A stretch of DNA of 64,000 bases from Cyanidioschyzon merolae (taxonomy: Eukaryota). The notes beneath the pieces were generated by a model, which saw only the letters and a list, made by a program, of their open reading frames with translations, searched no databases and had not been told where the DNA came from. Numbering within the stretch: the first letter of the stretch is position 1; each line of letters starts with the position of its first letter. A program made the translations under genes and the position numbers. This document shows, one piece after another, positions 35,691 through 45,612 of this stretch. Where the stretch lies: the NCBI GenBank assembly GCA_000091205.1, contig AP006500.2. One strand, given 5' to 3'.

Positions 35691-37174
35691 GCATATTGCT
35701 GCTCCTAAGATTTTCGTTGAAACAGCAAGATCGAGAACTTTAGGCTTACGTGATCCAAACAAGATACACGTCAACAAAGAAGAATCATGGAAGCTACTAG
35801 ATATGACTTGAATGACGATATCGGTCATTTTACGAACCGTTGTTCGAGGGCATTGCGAATCATTTCGACGCCCGCGACGTGACTAATCCTAGCGGCAAAG
35901 AGTCGAACGACACGATCTGGAAAGAGGACAGAAAATCCTCAAACTACGTAGCAACCCGTCGTCCGTTATTGCTATACTTCGAATGTAGAGGCTGTGCATC
36001 TAAAAAAATTTGGAACAAATCGCAGGGCAGTTCCAGTTTGAACGCTAAAGTGTTCCATTCTAATCTGACAAGGACGTAGAGCGCAGTCGGAGCATGGGAC
36101 ACTCGCGAATCGATCCAGTGCCGGCACCCGGTGCTGTGACAAAACGCGGCCATCAATGGTTGCGGCGCCCTTCATATATCCACGGCAGGTGGAAAATGCA
36201 TCGCAGAGCTAGGCGCAGATCGGCGCATATTTCGGAATGTACTCGACGACCTGCGAGTAAATCGCCTCGCGAAAGCTCCGGCAATGACAAGTCGCGATGG
36301 ATTCGCCAATAGACAGACGTCTCTGAATGAAGCCGCATGCGCGCTCAGCGCGGCAGGGTCCTGCGAATCAAGCGCAGATGCTTGCGGAGAGCTCGCTGCA
36401 CACCTATAATCGCGGATTGCCGGCTCCAGTACGTGCTCTTTCTGTATTCGAGGGCGGACGCCATCACCGCACCTCACCAGCGCCTGGAACCGACCCGATA
36501 CACTGGCACCGGTCCCGTGTCCGGCATCGGCTACCTCGAGCCGCTATCCGCGACGCAGTCTTTCGAAACTGATCAGGCTGCGAACGAGATGAGCGCGTCT
36601 TTGTAGCCTGAACCCGCTGCGTACGTGTTCCATGGATTCCGCACTGCTGGAGGATTGCATCCGAGCTGTTGGCAAAGTCGATAGCGAGTCGGGACTGTCC
36701 AAAAGAAACAAAAGAGGTCAGAGCTGGTATTGAAAAGCTGGCAGAGCAGACAGCCGGCCCCGTGCGACCGACGCCTTGGCCTCTACCTACTAGAAGATTG
36801 TCCTGATATTGCCTCCCGGGGCGACGTTGTGCACGGATACGTCTATTCTGCACGATCCCGAGAGCGCTTTGGTGCACTGCCCGATTCCCGCTCGTACATG
36901 CAACAGGGCAGGTCCAAAGCTTGACATTTTTGGATCAGAACAACAGACGCATCGGTGGCGCTCTGTGCATGCGCCACGTGACACCGAAACCTGGACGTCC
37001 AGATGCACTGCTGCACGAAATCGACGTGCGATCGAACGACCTGGGTATCGTTCGAACAATCGAAGCTGGTAACGTAGTTGCACTCAACGGTATGCTGGAC
37101 GTGGTGCAGTAGAGAACATGTTGACGAGAGTTTTATGTAACGAGCGGAATTGCCTTTAAAAGAAAAGGTTTCGT

Positions 37175-39643
37175 TTGCCGCTGACAGCGGAGTTTCTTCG
37201 CATCCTTTTCTACGCTACCCCAGCAAACGACAACTGCACTTCCACGTCGCGCCGTGAGGACGACTCCGCCGAACCGAGTACGTGCACGGGCGCGCACACT
37301 GAATCAGTCGCGATGGGCACTGATACCAATAGCGAGGATTCGGCGAAGCGGTTCCGGAGAGTACGGAGAGGTTCGGCTACTTTTGTCGAGCTGAACCTCG
37401 AGGATCTTCTAGAAGATCCCGGAGAACTTGTCTGCGATGAAGCCGGTTGTCCAGAAGAAGTCCTGTCAGAGCTTCAGACAGGATCTGAGGAGAATCTGGC
37501 TGATGACGTTGGCGAAACGCAAGAAAGCCCACAAGTTGGAGCTGAAGAGGAAAAGCGAAAGAGCACTGGTAGCCAGGGGTCTCGCACTTCGACGGATTCG
37601 GCTGCACTCCGCACAAGCAAGTCTGGCGAGATATCCTCAATGTCCACACAGGATGACTTGAGTACCAAACAGAGTGCCACATCGGCCCGCGGCTTGCGCG
37701 GATTGCCTCCTGCTAGTGGCAGATCAACTCCTTCACCACGGAATCAGAATGGAGTTCGCATCAGTCAGAGTCACGACGATCTCGCAACGAATAGCAGTCG
37801 TGGCGGATCGGGATGGCTTCTCAATGTCAACCGTGCGTCGCGCAACTCTGCGGACAGAGAACGCAGCTCGCATCCGATTACGGAGGCAGTTCGAAGCAAG
37901 TCAGGAGATAACCGTTTCGCGGATATTTTCCAACTGCCGCATACCCAGCGACTGGTTGATCACTTTAGCTGCGGTCTTCAGAAAGCAATCATTCTGCAGG
38001 GAACGCTTTATCTTTTCAAGGACTATGTATGTTTTCGAAGTATTGTCTTAGCGGGAACAAAAATTGTAATGCCTATTCGCGACATTGTTCGAATTCAGCG
38101 CGAACGCAATCTTCTTATAGACAATGCGATTCGTTTCACGTTGCAAGACGGGAGCAGTTATTTGTTCGTCTCTTTCTTGTTTCCGGCTCGCGTGTATCGC
38201 GAATTCAAAGAGAGCGGTTTGTTTGCTCCGGAGGTCTTTGAAGATCGTCCCGAGGCAGAGCGCAAGCCCATGACACGCTCTCCACGGGACCAACGCAGCA
38301 AGGATTCTGCGACCTCTGGATCCGCCTCTCCAGGAGATCAGCAGTCGGAATCCAAGTCTGGAAACAGCATCACAGATGAGGAGGATGAAGGCAGCGAAGA
38401 CGACGAGGAATACGCGCATTCCGTGGAACAGAGCATGGTGATTCGTCTGTTCGCGATCGGTAACTTGCCATACTACCCACACGGAAAGAAGCACCTGCTC
38501 CAGAGTGACCAGTCAGAAATGACCAAGGTTTGTTCCGTAACCTTGCCTTGCAACAATGCGCGTCTTTTCAGAGCCTTTTTCTTGGATTTGAAAGAAGAAG
38601 AGGCGCTGCATCAAAGTATCGGCTTGAACCAGATTAATGGCACCAATAGTGAATCAAAAGCAAACGGCACCAACAGCAAGTCTGAAATCCCAACCAAAGC
38701 CAAGGCCTCGGATTCTGGCCCCGGTAATGCTGCTTCCAGTGAAAGCCGTAGCTCAGAGTCAGACGCACTGGTCTTTAGTGCGAGGAATAATTTTTTGGCG
38801 TTTCAGGCGAAACTTGGGCATCAAGACATGCAGCTCGGCGAATGGCATTTGGATCCTGATCTAGGTTTCGTGCGCGAATTCCGATACCGGAAGCCGCTGG
38901 AGCCTGCGCCAATGAGCCCGAAAGAAACCTGGATGACGGAGCATATGCTATTCTATGTTTCCAAGCAGGAACGTGAGAAACTGCAAACCATTTATCTGGA
39001 AATCAAGGGCACTAGCCACGACGTGCCATTCGGTGACTCTTTTGTAGCCGAGCAGCTCTATGTGTTCCGGCCGGCATCCGAGAATGGACGATTTGAGTGT
39101 GAGTTAGAGATTTACGGTGGAGTTCATTTTTCGCGTTGGAATATGGTTGCCGGTACCATACGGAAACGCACCATTGCTGGTGTCGAACATACTGCCAACG
39201 TGTTCGTTCAAATGGCTCGCGAACTCTGCACAACTTCATTATGTCGCCGCGTGCGAGACCTAGATGCAGCGCGCTACCGGAAGGAAATTGGTGCGTCCGC
39301 CAAGGTGCTGGAAAAAGCAGATACGGCTCGCGAAGAAACCACGGAAGATACCTCGCCAACGGCTTCGGCGGAAATCAAGCCCGAATCTATTTCATTGGAA
39401 TCGCTGCCGCTGCCGACGCGCTACATGCTTCTGCCGTTTTACCGCATCGCACTGGTGGCGACGTCGGCAACTTGCTGGGATGCAACGCTTCTGTCTGCAT
39501 TTTTGATTCTCTGCATAACGCTGCTAACCTTGGTTGTTTTCCGTCTGTACTTGAATAACCAACAGATGACTGTAGAGCTTCGCCATGCCGAAGAACAGGT
39601 CCAGTTTTTACGGAGTCTTCTTAAGAATCATCTTGGCCCATAG
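37175..39643 (+). CDS. GRAM domain and VASt domain sterol-transfer protein (GRAMD1/Aster/LAM/Ysp2-like) with C-terminal TM
   Basis: GRAM-like segment FADIFQLPHTQRLVDHFSCGLQKAIILQGTLYLFKDYVCFRS...RFTLQDGSSYLF. VASt-like segment FVREFRYRKPL...YLEIKGTSHDVPFGDSFVAEQLYVF...HTANVFVQMA. C-terminal hydrophobic helix LSAFLILCITLLTLVVF. An acidic/serine-rich linker lies between the two domains. Confidence 0.8.
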   Translation: MPLTAEFLRILFYATPANDNCTSTSRREDDSAEPSTCTGAHTESVAMGTDTNSEDSAKRFRRVRRGSATFVELNLEDLLEDPGELVCDEAGCPEEVLSELQTGSEENLADDVGETQESPQVGAEEEKRKSTGSQGSRTSTDSAALRTSKSGEISSMSTQDDLSTKQSATSARGLRGLPPASGRSTPSPRNQNGVRISQSHDDLATNSSRGGSGWLLNVNRASRNSADRERSSHPITEAVRSKSGDNRFADIFQLPHTQRLVDHFSCGLQKAIILQGTLYLFKDYVCFRSIVLAGTKIVMPIRDIVRIQRERNLLIDNAIRFTLQDGSSYLFVSFLFPARVYREFKESGLFAPEVFEDRPEAERKPMTRSPRDQRSKDSATSGSASPGDQQSESKSGNSITDEEDEGSEDDEEYAHSVEQSMVIRLFAIGNLPYYPHGKKHLLQSDQSEMTKVCSVTLPCNNARLFRAFFLDLKEEEALHQSIGLNQINGTNSESKANGTNSKSEIPTKAKASDSGPGNAASSESRSSESDALVFSARNNFLAFQAKLGHQDMQLGEWHLDPDLGFVREFRYRKPLEPAPMSPKETWMTEHMLFYVSKQEREKLQTIYLEIKGTSHDVPFGDSFVAEQLYVFRPASENGRFECELEIYGGVHFSRWNMVAGTIRKRTIAGVEHTANVFVQMARELCTTSLCRRVRDLDAARYRKEIGASAKVLEKADTAREETTEDTSPTASAEIKPESISLESLPLPTRYMLLPFYRIALVATSATCWDATLLSAFLILCITLLTLVVFRLYLNNQQMTVELRHAEEQVQFLRSLLKNHLGP

Positions 39644-40117
39644 TCTGACGTCGGCAGAATCCGGAACGTCTCCAGAACGCGCCACTGGTACCCGTGGCGA
39701 CAACAGCGGCAGAGCAGGTGCGCTCTTGTGCAGACTGTTCAGTACCGCGGTCGCGATGCTACCGCTGGCGCTAGCCACAGGGTACCCATGTTCATTGAAT
39801 GGAATGAGGGCTTGCGGGCAGTCCTGGCGCCAACTGCCTGCAATCCGCAATGTCGGCTTCGTGCGCACGTATGTCACTTCATGTGCACGGCACGCATGCG
39901 GCCTATCGGCAGACGCGCGTTCTCTGTAGCGGCTCGCTGCCTCCGAAATCTAAAGCCCATGTTTTAGTTTACCTCAAATGATACATAGCTGTCGAGAATG
40001 CTGCGTACCGGAAACATCCAAGTACCTGGAGCGAAAGTCACGGAGCACGTCTTGCATCCCAGTGGCAACCTGGAAGCGTCAACTCCCAGGGGAAAAACCA
40101 CCACACGGGGCACACAC

Positions 40118-40400
40118 CATCACCGCCTTTCGAAAGTCGAACGGCAGCAGTGTACAGTAGTGGCGGCAACCGCGCCCTAGACGAAACGTCTCCAACCGAC
40201 GTGCAGACGCCTCCCGGTTTTTCTCGACCGAGCACCCACTACTGCTTCCAACTTCTTTTCATATAGTTCCACTTTGAAAGGTTATCCAATAAAGTTCTCT
40301 CTTGTCGACTCTGGAGGTCTCTTCTCCAGCACCGCACATTTCCTTATATTGATAGCGGCATTAAAGTCTCGGTTCACGAATTCCATCCGTTTCTTGCTAT
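40118..40400 (-). ncRNA. candidate omegaRNA / right-end region of the Fanzor-like element (prediction only)
   Basis: The ~164 nt non-coding stretch 3' of the stop (40118..40281) is about 85% identical to 54601..54786. Both copies end at the same point with catcacc, where similarity to flank ends. A subterminal hairpin ttcga-aag-tcgaa lies at 40124..40142; in the second copy it is cgttcga-aag-tcgaacg. In TnpB/Fanzor systems the guide RNA overlaps the ORF 3' end and reads through this terminus. Confidence 0.3.
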
Positions 40401-42540
40401 CACTTGTTGTACTAACCAATGCAAGTAGCCCTCGCACTTTTGCCCTCCTCTCCATTTGCTCCTCCGTCAGCGGTCCGTACTTTGCTATTTCCTCAGGATT
40501 CCGCTGGCACTTTTCCATCCCGACCCTTCGAAGTGTACACCCCAGCTCGTGGTGTGTATAGGACGTTCGGAACTCATCCACAGGTATCGTAAAGAGACGC
40601 CTTGCGCACTCTTTGTACGCTCTCGTCGTTGGAGCTGGCGTAGTTCCTTTTAGGGTCTTCCATCGCCCTGCACCGTACGCTACTACGAGCCTCTGATTTT
40701 CATTCTCCTTGAGCGCGCTCAACTGATTGAAAAAGTTGGCGAACGCCCGCTGCCTCCCACCGTATAGATGCATACACAGACGAGCCCACCGGGGCTTGGT
40801 ATACTCCTCCCACAGCGCATCCCAATGGGCAACACGAACTCCCATGGATTTCCGGAAAGCTTCAAAGTCGGCTCCTCGGCTCGTCACCTCGCTCAACGCT
40901 TCCAGGTGATCCTTCATTCCTGAATTCCAAGTCTCGATTTCCTTCCTCGCATTCATGATTGCCGATTCTCGATAGTATCTCGCTCTCGAGAATCTCAACA
41001 GACGCATATCTTTCTGACGTAAGTTGCCGTCAGTACCATCTTCCGCACGCTTCGGTGCTGCGACGGCTATAATATTCGTATTTCCAGGGTCCGCGCCAAC
41101 GATAAAGTCGTTATCCTGCACTTTCTGCTTCTCAGAGCCCGCCTTGTTGTTTTCTTCATGCTTCGTCGCGTCTACGACAAGGTCGTTATCCTGCACTTTC
41201 TGTGTGGCAGGATCCGCATCCTTCTCATCTCCATGCTTCGTCACGTCAACGATAAAGTCGTTATCCTCCACCTCCTGCGTCGCAGGACCCGCCCCTTTGT
41301 TTTCTTCATGCTTCGCCGCGTCAACGATAAGGTCGTTGTCCTGCACCTCCTGCATCACAGGATCCGCCTCCTTGTTTTCTTCATGCTTCGTCACGAGCGC
41401 AGCCAAGGGCGGAACTGGACGATCTTTCTTCAACCGCCAATAGCGTATACACAAGGCTACTCCATCGGTTTCGATCAACCCAATGAATACCTTCTTCTTG
41501 CTCACTTTGAGACGTTTGAAATCGAAGATGCTCATCCAGTACGTCTCCCGGTTTTCGCCGGTGAAGTCCTCCCTGCTAAAATCGAACTCGGGACTGATCT
41601 CCCTCATGACGCCATGAAGGATTCTGGAGTCGATAGTCACAAAATGTGACTTGATGTTGCCCAACGGAACCACGTTGAAGCGCTTCCCCATTAGGAAAGC
41701 CTTCCGTCTCTCCCACTCTTCATTTGTCTCTTCACTCAGCATCACCTCTGCCTTGCGTTCGATGTCACGATCCAGAAACACGAAATACCGCAGGACGAGG
41801 CGATAGTATCTTTCCTTCTCTTTTTTCAACGCTAATATCTTGTCTGTTGGATTCACCAGCCCCAGTCCCGCACGATCCTCTTGTATAACCGCACGGATCG
41901 TAGAGGCTTCATTGGTGCTCACCTTTGACGTCGTCTTGTCGACAAATTCGACCTCATCTTCACGCTTGCGATCTTTCATGATGCCATTGATAATCGCCCA
42001 TTTCCCATTGCGAGAGATGCCCGAGTAGAGTGCAATCACAGCGCGTCTCATGAAACGTTCGAGGTTCACTGTCAAATGGTTCTTCAGATTCGTGATGTAC
42101 TTCATGGGCCTATATGTGTAAATATCCCGGTCACCCTTGTATCGAGTACCATTGAGGCTGTAAAAGGGATGTTTTTCGTGGAAGACATCCACCCGCTCAT
42201 TTTCCTCCCGCGCTTCCTCTGTACCAAGCGTCAGCTGACGAATAAAAATCTTGTCGAAAAACACGTGTGGAATCTCGACCGTTTCGATGGGCGTCACGTC
42301 GCGATACATCTCCCTCTCCAAATGCATCAGTCCTGACGACGCCTTGAAAATACTCTTGGAGTACGAGTCCACACGTTTTTTGATAGCGTCTCGCAACTTT
42401 TCCTTGTAGGGATCCTTGATATGTCCAAGAAGAAAGGTTTTCACAACCATCTCGTCGTACAGTTGTCTTTCTTGCCGCCTTCGACGTAGGGTATCCCCCT
42501 TTCGGTTCTTCTTCTCTTCCTTTTCTTCTGGACTAGACAC
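40282..42540 (-). CDS. Fanzor-like protein (eukaryotic TnpB/OrfB homolog; putative RNA-guided RuvC endonuclease), intact 752-aa ORF
   Basis: RuvC-I-like [19 protein letters not shown] (Asp codon at about 41089..41091). C-terminal Zn-ribbon-like segment [20 protein letters not shown]. RuvC-III-like [10 protein letters not shown] (RDxNAAxNI-type; Asp at about 40366..40368). Basic NLS-like N-terminus [17 protein letters not shown]. The RuvC-II Glu is not at the canonical position ([10 protein letters not shown]), a rearrangement also reported for Fanzor1. Two further fragments of the same family occur in this window. Confidence 0.8.
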   Translation of the reverse strand: MSSPEEKEEKKNRKGDTLRRRRQERQLYDEMVVKTFLLGHIKDPYKEKLRDAIKKRVDSYSKSIFKASSGLMHLEREMYRDVTPIETVEIPHVFFDKIFIRQLTLGTEEAREENERVDVFHEKHPFYSLNGTRYKGDRDIYTYRPMKYITNLKNHLTVNLERFMRRAVIALYSGISRNGKWAIINGIMKDRKREDEVEFVDKTTSKVSTNEASTIRAVIQEDRAGLGLVNPTDKILALKKEKERYYRLVLRYFVFLDRDIERKAEVMLSEETNEEWERRKAFLMGKRFNVVPLGNIKSHFVTIDSRILHGVMREISPEFDFSREDFTGENRETYWMSIFDFKRLKVSKKKVFIGLIETDGVALCIRYWRLKKDRPVPPLAALVTKHEENKEADPVMQEVQDNDLIVDAAKHEENKGAGPATQEVEDNDFIVDVTKHGDEKDADPATQKVQDNDLVVDATKHEENNKAGSEKQKVQDNDFIVGADPGNTNIIAVAAPKRAEDGTDGNLRQKDMRLLRFSRARYYRESAIMNARKEIETWNSGMKDHLEALSEVTSRGADFEAFRKSMGVRVAHWDALWEEYTKPRWARLCMHLYGGRQRAFANFFNQLSALKENENQRLVVAYGAGRWKTLKGTTPAPTTRAYKECARRLFTIPVDEFRTSYTHHELGCTLRRVGMEKCQRNPEEIAKYGPLTEEQMERRAKVRGLLALVSTTSDSKKRMEFVNRDFNAAINIRKCAVLEKRPPESTRENFIG
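41085..41385 (-). repeat. 4x tandem 75-bp in-frame repeat inside the Fanzor-like ORF
   Basis: Protein repeats: [102 protein letters not shown]. The repeat is also obvious at nucleotide level (gtcaacgataaagtcgttatcctgcac...ttcttcatgcttcg). The last unit carries the real RuvC-I motif. Confidence 0.85.
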
Positions 42541-42739
42541 TGTTTTTTGTTTTTTCTGGCAGCCAGCGACACTGGGCCTCCAGGATCGTCGATTTGCTTT
42601 TTCATAACTTTCCTTTTTTTAGTTTTTTTGGAAAAGAACGCTCCCTCAACGCCTCTGATATAAACAGCGAAAGAAAACTTGAAAAAACTAAACTGAGGGT
42701 TGAAATATAACTGAACTGAAAAGTATACTCTGCTGTGAC

Positions 42740-44137
42740 TTTAACGCAAATACAACGTGCACTTGAGAGCAACACGCTCAAGATCGCGATCCCGTTTCCC
42801 TTCAACAACGACATGCGCGTCGTATTTCATGCCTCCCAGATATGGAGGTGCGCGTATCGACCGCGATGCCCCCTGGCACTCGGACGTGAACTCCAAATAC
42901 CCTCAATAGAAGCATTAGCAGCAGGCTGCCGGGCACGCATATGGGCCAAAGGGCCCGCCATGCGCACCTGGTTCAGTCGGATTTTCATGCAGACCCCAAC
43001 GCACCGCAAGAACTCTTGGACGAAATCGACGCAGATTTGGCTGAAGCGCCTCTTAGGCGAAAACATTCTCCCCAATCGTTCCCCAGAAATATAGAAGGCT
43101 CCCGCCGCCTGAAGCGAACGGTCCAAACAACAGTACGGGAATGTAGACATGCAGTCAGTCGCGCGAGTAACGCCGGCTTGACTCTATACCGGAACTACAG
43201 CCTAGCCTGTTCATGCACGTACTGGTGGGAGGCGCTGGAGTTCACGGGACTTGCTCGAGGTACACAGTGGCTCGCCAAAATCCGCGTTGGTGGCTTCTGG
43301 CTACCAGCACCGGCTCTAAGCCGTATAGGAACACTGGAATCGCACTGGGAATCACACTGTCCCTGCTATCGAGACGAAATCCCCGAGACCCTGACATATG
43401 TAGGCGTACAGTGCCCGCGCTGGAAGCAGGAGCGCAGCGAGCTCCTTGAAGGACAGCAGCAGCTGGGCATCACCGTGATAGTCGAAGGCCGGACACTCAC
43501 TCTGAGTGTAGCACTGGCAACTGATGGTCCGCTAACCGAGCATCAGCGCTCATCAATGGCGAACAAACGCATATGCTACCTTCTAGGTGGAAGATCCAGC
43601 GGATCGGATGCGCACACGGGCTCAGTGCGCTCTCTGCGCCTACCTTCTGTGGTAGGTTTCAAGCACAAACCCGCATTGCCAACCGACAACAACGCATTCC
43701 ATGCATGATCACGAAGGAGAGAGGCGGCTCCCAGGATATATCCTAACAGCCAAGTTTCTCCAGCGTGTCGTGCAGCGAAGGCAAGCCTGCATCCGCAGAC
43801 TGTCCAAGCACAAACTGACGACGAGGCCCGATTCTACTTCAGGTGAAGTACGCCTCGAGCCGATGCCCTCTGGGGTATAGAAAAGCAGTTCTAGCTCTAT
43901 GAACTATCTGATCCAGCGGTACAGGTCCAAAGGTGGATACGGAAAGGCAGGTACTAGGCACACTCGATAGGACGTATGAAACGACCAGAACATCCGAGAT
44001 GAAGTATATGTACTGTAACTTGGAGGTAGGGTGTTTGATAGATACCTCACCGCGCTCTGAAAAAATATAAAGTAAGAAAAGAAAAATGCGCATAATCGGA
44101 GAACGCTGGCCCAAGTAAACGTCTTGTCAATGAAAAA
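42740..44137 (+). mobile_element. 5'-truncated LINE-like element; 3' UTR ends in a short A-run at about 44125..44131
   Basis: The ORF2 C-terminal fragment is followed by a ~430-bp 3' region. Its last ~250 bp (43880..44137) are found again, inverted, at 54845..55045 (catcaaacgccctacctccaag and tttttcttttcttac blocks), as expected for independent 5'-truncated copies. Confidence 0.5.
42941..43708 (+). pseudogene. non-LTR retrotransposon (LINE) ORF2 C-terminal fragment
   Basis: Contains the cysteine-rich C-terminal motif typical of LINE ORF2: HCPCYRDEIPETLTYVGVQCPRWKQERSEL (C-x-C...E-T...C-P...R). There is no RT core upstream in frame, so it is 5' truncated or frameshifted. Confidence 0.5.
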
Positions 44138-44181
44138 AACCCGCGCCGCCTGGCCGAGATTCATTGATTTTAGTCAGGGCG

Positions 44182-45612
44182 CTACTCGTATCGATAGGTT
44201 CGCTGTAGACGCTCGTGGAGCACCTGCGCTGCGGTGCGCGCGTTCAGTTCATCAACTATGGTTTCATCTAGCGGATGCACGAAGAGCGCTACGGAGAAGC
44301 GTTCTGCCGAATAACGAGCACCGCCTGGGCGGCCTGACAGTTTGGTTGCGTCGTTGCGTGCCGTCTGCTCCGGGCGAGCCACAACGCGGTGCTTTGTTGA
44401 TGAGATCCTGCCTCTGGTCCAGATGGAGAGTACGTCACCTGCATTAAACACGAGTCCCGGGGCACGCGTTGGATCGTGCTCAATGTCCACCCAGTGATCT
44501 CCGATCTTGAGCTGGAGACCACCAACTTCATCCTGGTAAAGCAGGGTGAACGTGCCATAGTCACTATGTGCTCCGGCGAGTACGATTTCGGAGGTTCTCT
44601 CGTTTGAGGTACCGCATGTTGCATGTGGCACCTGTGTTAGCGGAACTGGTGGGTAATGCAGCAGCCTCAGCGTCGTGGCGAGCACGGAGGGTGCTTTGTT
44701 TTCTTCGGGAGGGCCGCGCTCTCCCCGAGCGATGCCTGGTGGTAGCATAGCGCAGTCCAAGGCCAGATTCCGGGAGTCGCTATCCGAAATCTCTCGTATT
44801 TCGCAACCCCGATCAATGGTAGTATGTCCAGCTAGAGCAGGTTGTTTCATGCAGACTCGCAGGTCCGGCGAGACGGTGCCTTTGCTCGTTTGCGTCCGCG
44901 TCTCACGATCGCCTCCTGGCGCTGCCGGAATTTGTTCTTGACACGTCGAAAGCCGCATCATTTCCCCACGCTCCAGCGAACAGCGGGCACCAGCGTCAGG
45001 TGAGTGCTCATGCACCTTCATCAAGGGTGCTGCACTCCGAGCGCCTGTGTCCTCGGAACGCGTGCATCGCGACAAGTCGGGACAGGCGCAACGGTGCTCG
45101 GGTGTATGTCCAGCAGCAAGGTCTACGAATGCATGCGCCCTGCAAAACACCGTAGCAATGGGACCGCAGCCATGTCGCTCAAGCGCTGTGCCCAATCGTT
45201 GCACGAGAAGTGGTACTAACCTACGCAGAACAACACGATCGAAAGCGCGTTTCGCTGAAAGCAGACTGTGCGACAGCGATGCCTCCAACGGCTCGACTCG
45301 TGCCCCGTAGACGAAGTTCAGCGCTTCCTTTGGATCCGAGAGACCCGACTCGGGTGCCAGTGCTTCCACACCAACAGCTACGTATCCCGCGTTAGGAGCC
45401 AACCAGTTGCCGCGAGCGAGTTTGCTCCTGTCCGCTGCTGTTAGTTGACGAAAAAATTCTCGTGCCGCGTCAAGCACACTTTGAAACGCTTCGGTATATA
45501 CGGTCTCATCAGCGACAATATATGCAAAGCCCACTCCCTGTAACGCCTCGTACAAAGATGCACCACTCACGTCTCGCTCTACGTTGACTAGCGGAAGCCG
45601 GAGCTGCATCAA
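44182..45612 (-). CDS. 2-oxoglutarate/Fe(II)-dependent oxygenase (isopenicillin-N-synthase-like superfamily) with a long internal low-complexity insertion
   Basis: DIOX_N-like N-terminus (GFAYIVADETVY...REFFRQLTAADRSKLARG). 2OG-FeII_Oxy core GAHSDYGTFTLLYQDEVGGLQLKIGDHWVDIEHDPTRAPGLVFNAGDVLSIWTRGRISSTKHRVV with the HxD...H...RxS pattern. Confidence 0.8.
   Translation of the reverse strand: MMQLRLPLVNVERDVSGASLYEALQGVGFAYIVADETVYTEAFQSVLDAAREFFRQLTAADRSKLARGNWLAPNAGYVAVGVEALAPESGLSDPKEALNFVYGARVEPLEASLSHSLLSAKRAFDRVVLRRLVPLLVQRLGTALERHGCGPIATVFCRAHAFVDLAAGHTPEHRCACPDLSRCTRSEDTGARSAAPLMKVHEHSPDAGARCSLERGEMMRLSTCQEQIPAAPGGDRETRTQTSKGTVSPDLRVCMKQPALAGHTTIDRGCEIREISDSDSRNLALDCAMLPPGIARGERGPPEENKAPSVLATTLRLLHYPPVPLTQVPHATCGTSNERTSEIVLAGAHSDYGTFTLLYQDEVGGLQLKIGDHWVDIEHDPTRAPGLVFNAGDVLSIWTRGRISSTKHRVVARPEQTARNDATKLSGRPGGARYSAERFSVALFVHPLDETIVDELNARTAAQVLHERLQRTYRYE

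Larger units (their letters stand above)
40118..42734 (-). mobile_element. Fanzor-bearing transposable element, copy 1 (right end defined; left end undetermined)
   Basis: The right end is set at 40118 by the breakpoint of similarity with the second copy at 54601. The intact ORF is followed 5' by a 190-bp AT-rich tract (42541..42734). No transposase ORF and no obvious TIR were found. Confidence 0.5.

Noticed and set aside
41085-41385. Regular tandem repeat array considered as a CRISPR-like array
   Set aside because: The units are contiguous with no spacers, lie in-frame inside a eukaryotic CDS, and encode a repeated peptide.
41024-41443. Plus-strand 139-aa ORF with repeated SCTFC motifs
   Set aside because: It is the antisense reading of the 75-bp tandem repeats inside the Fanzor-like CDS and has no independent support.
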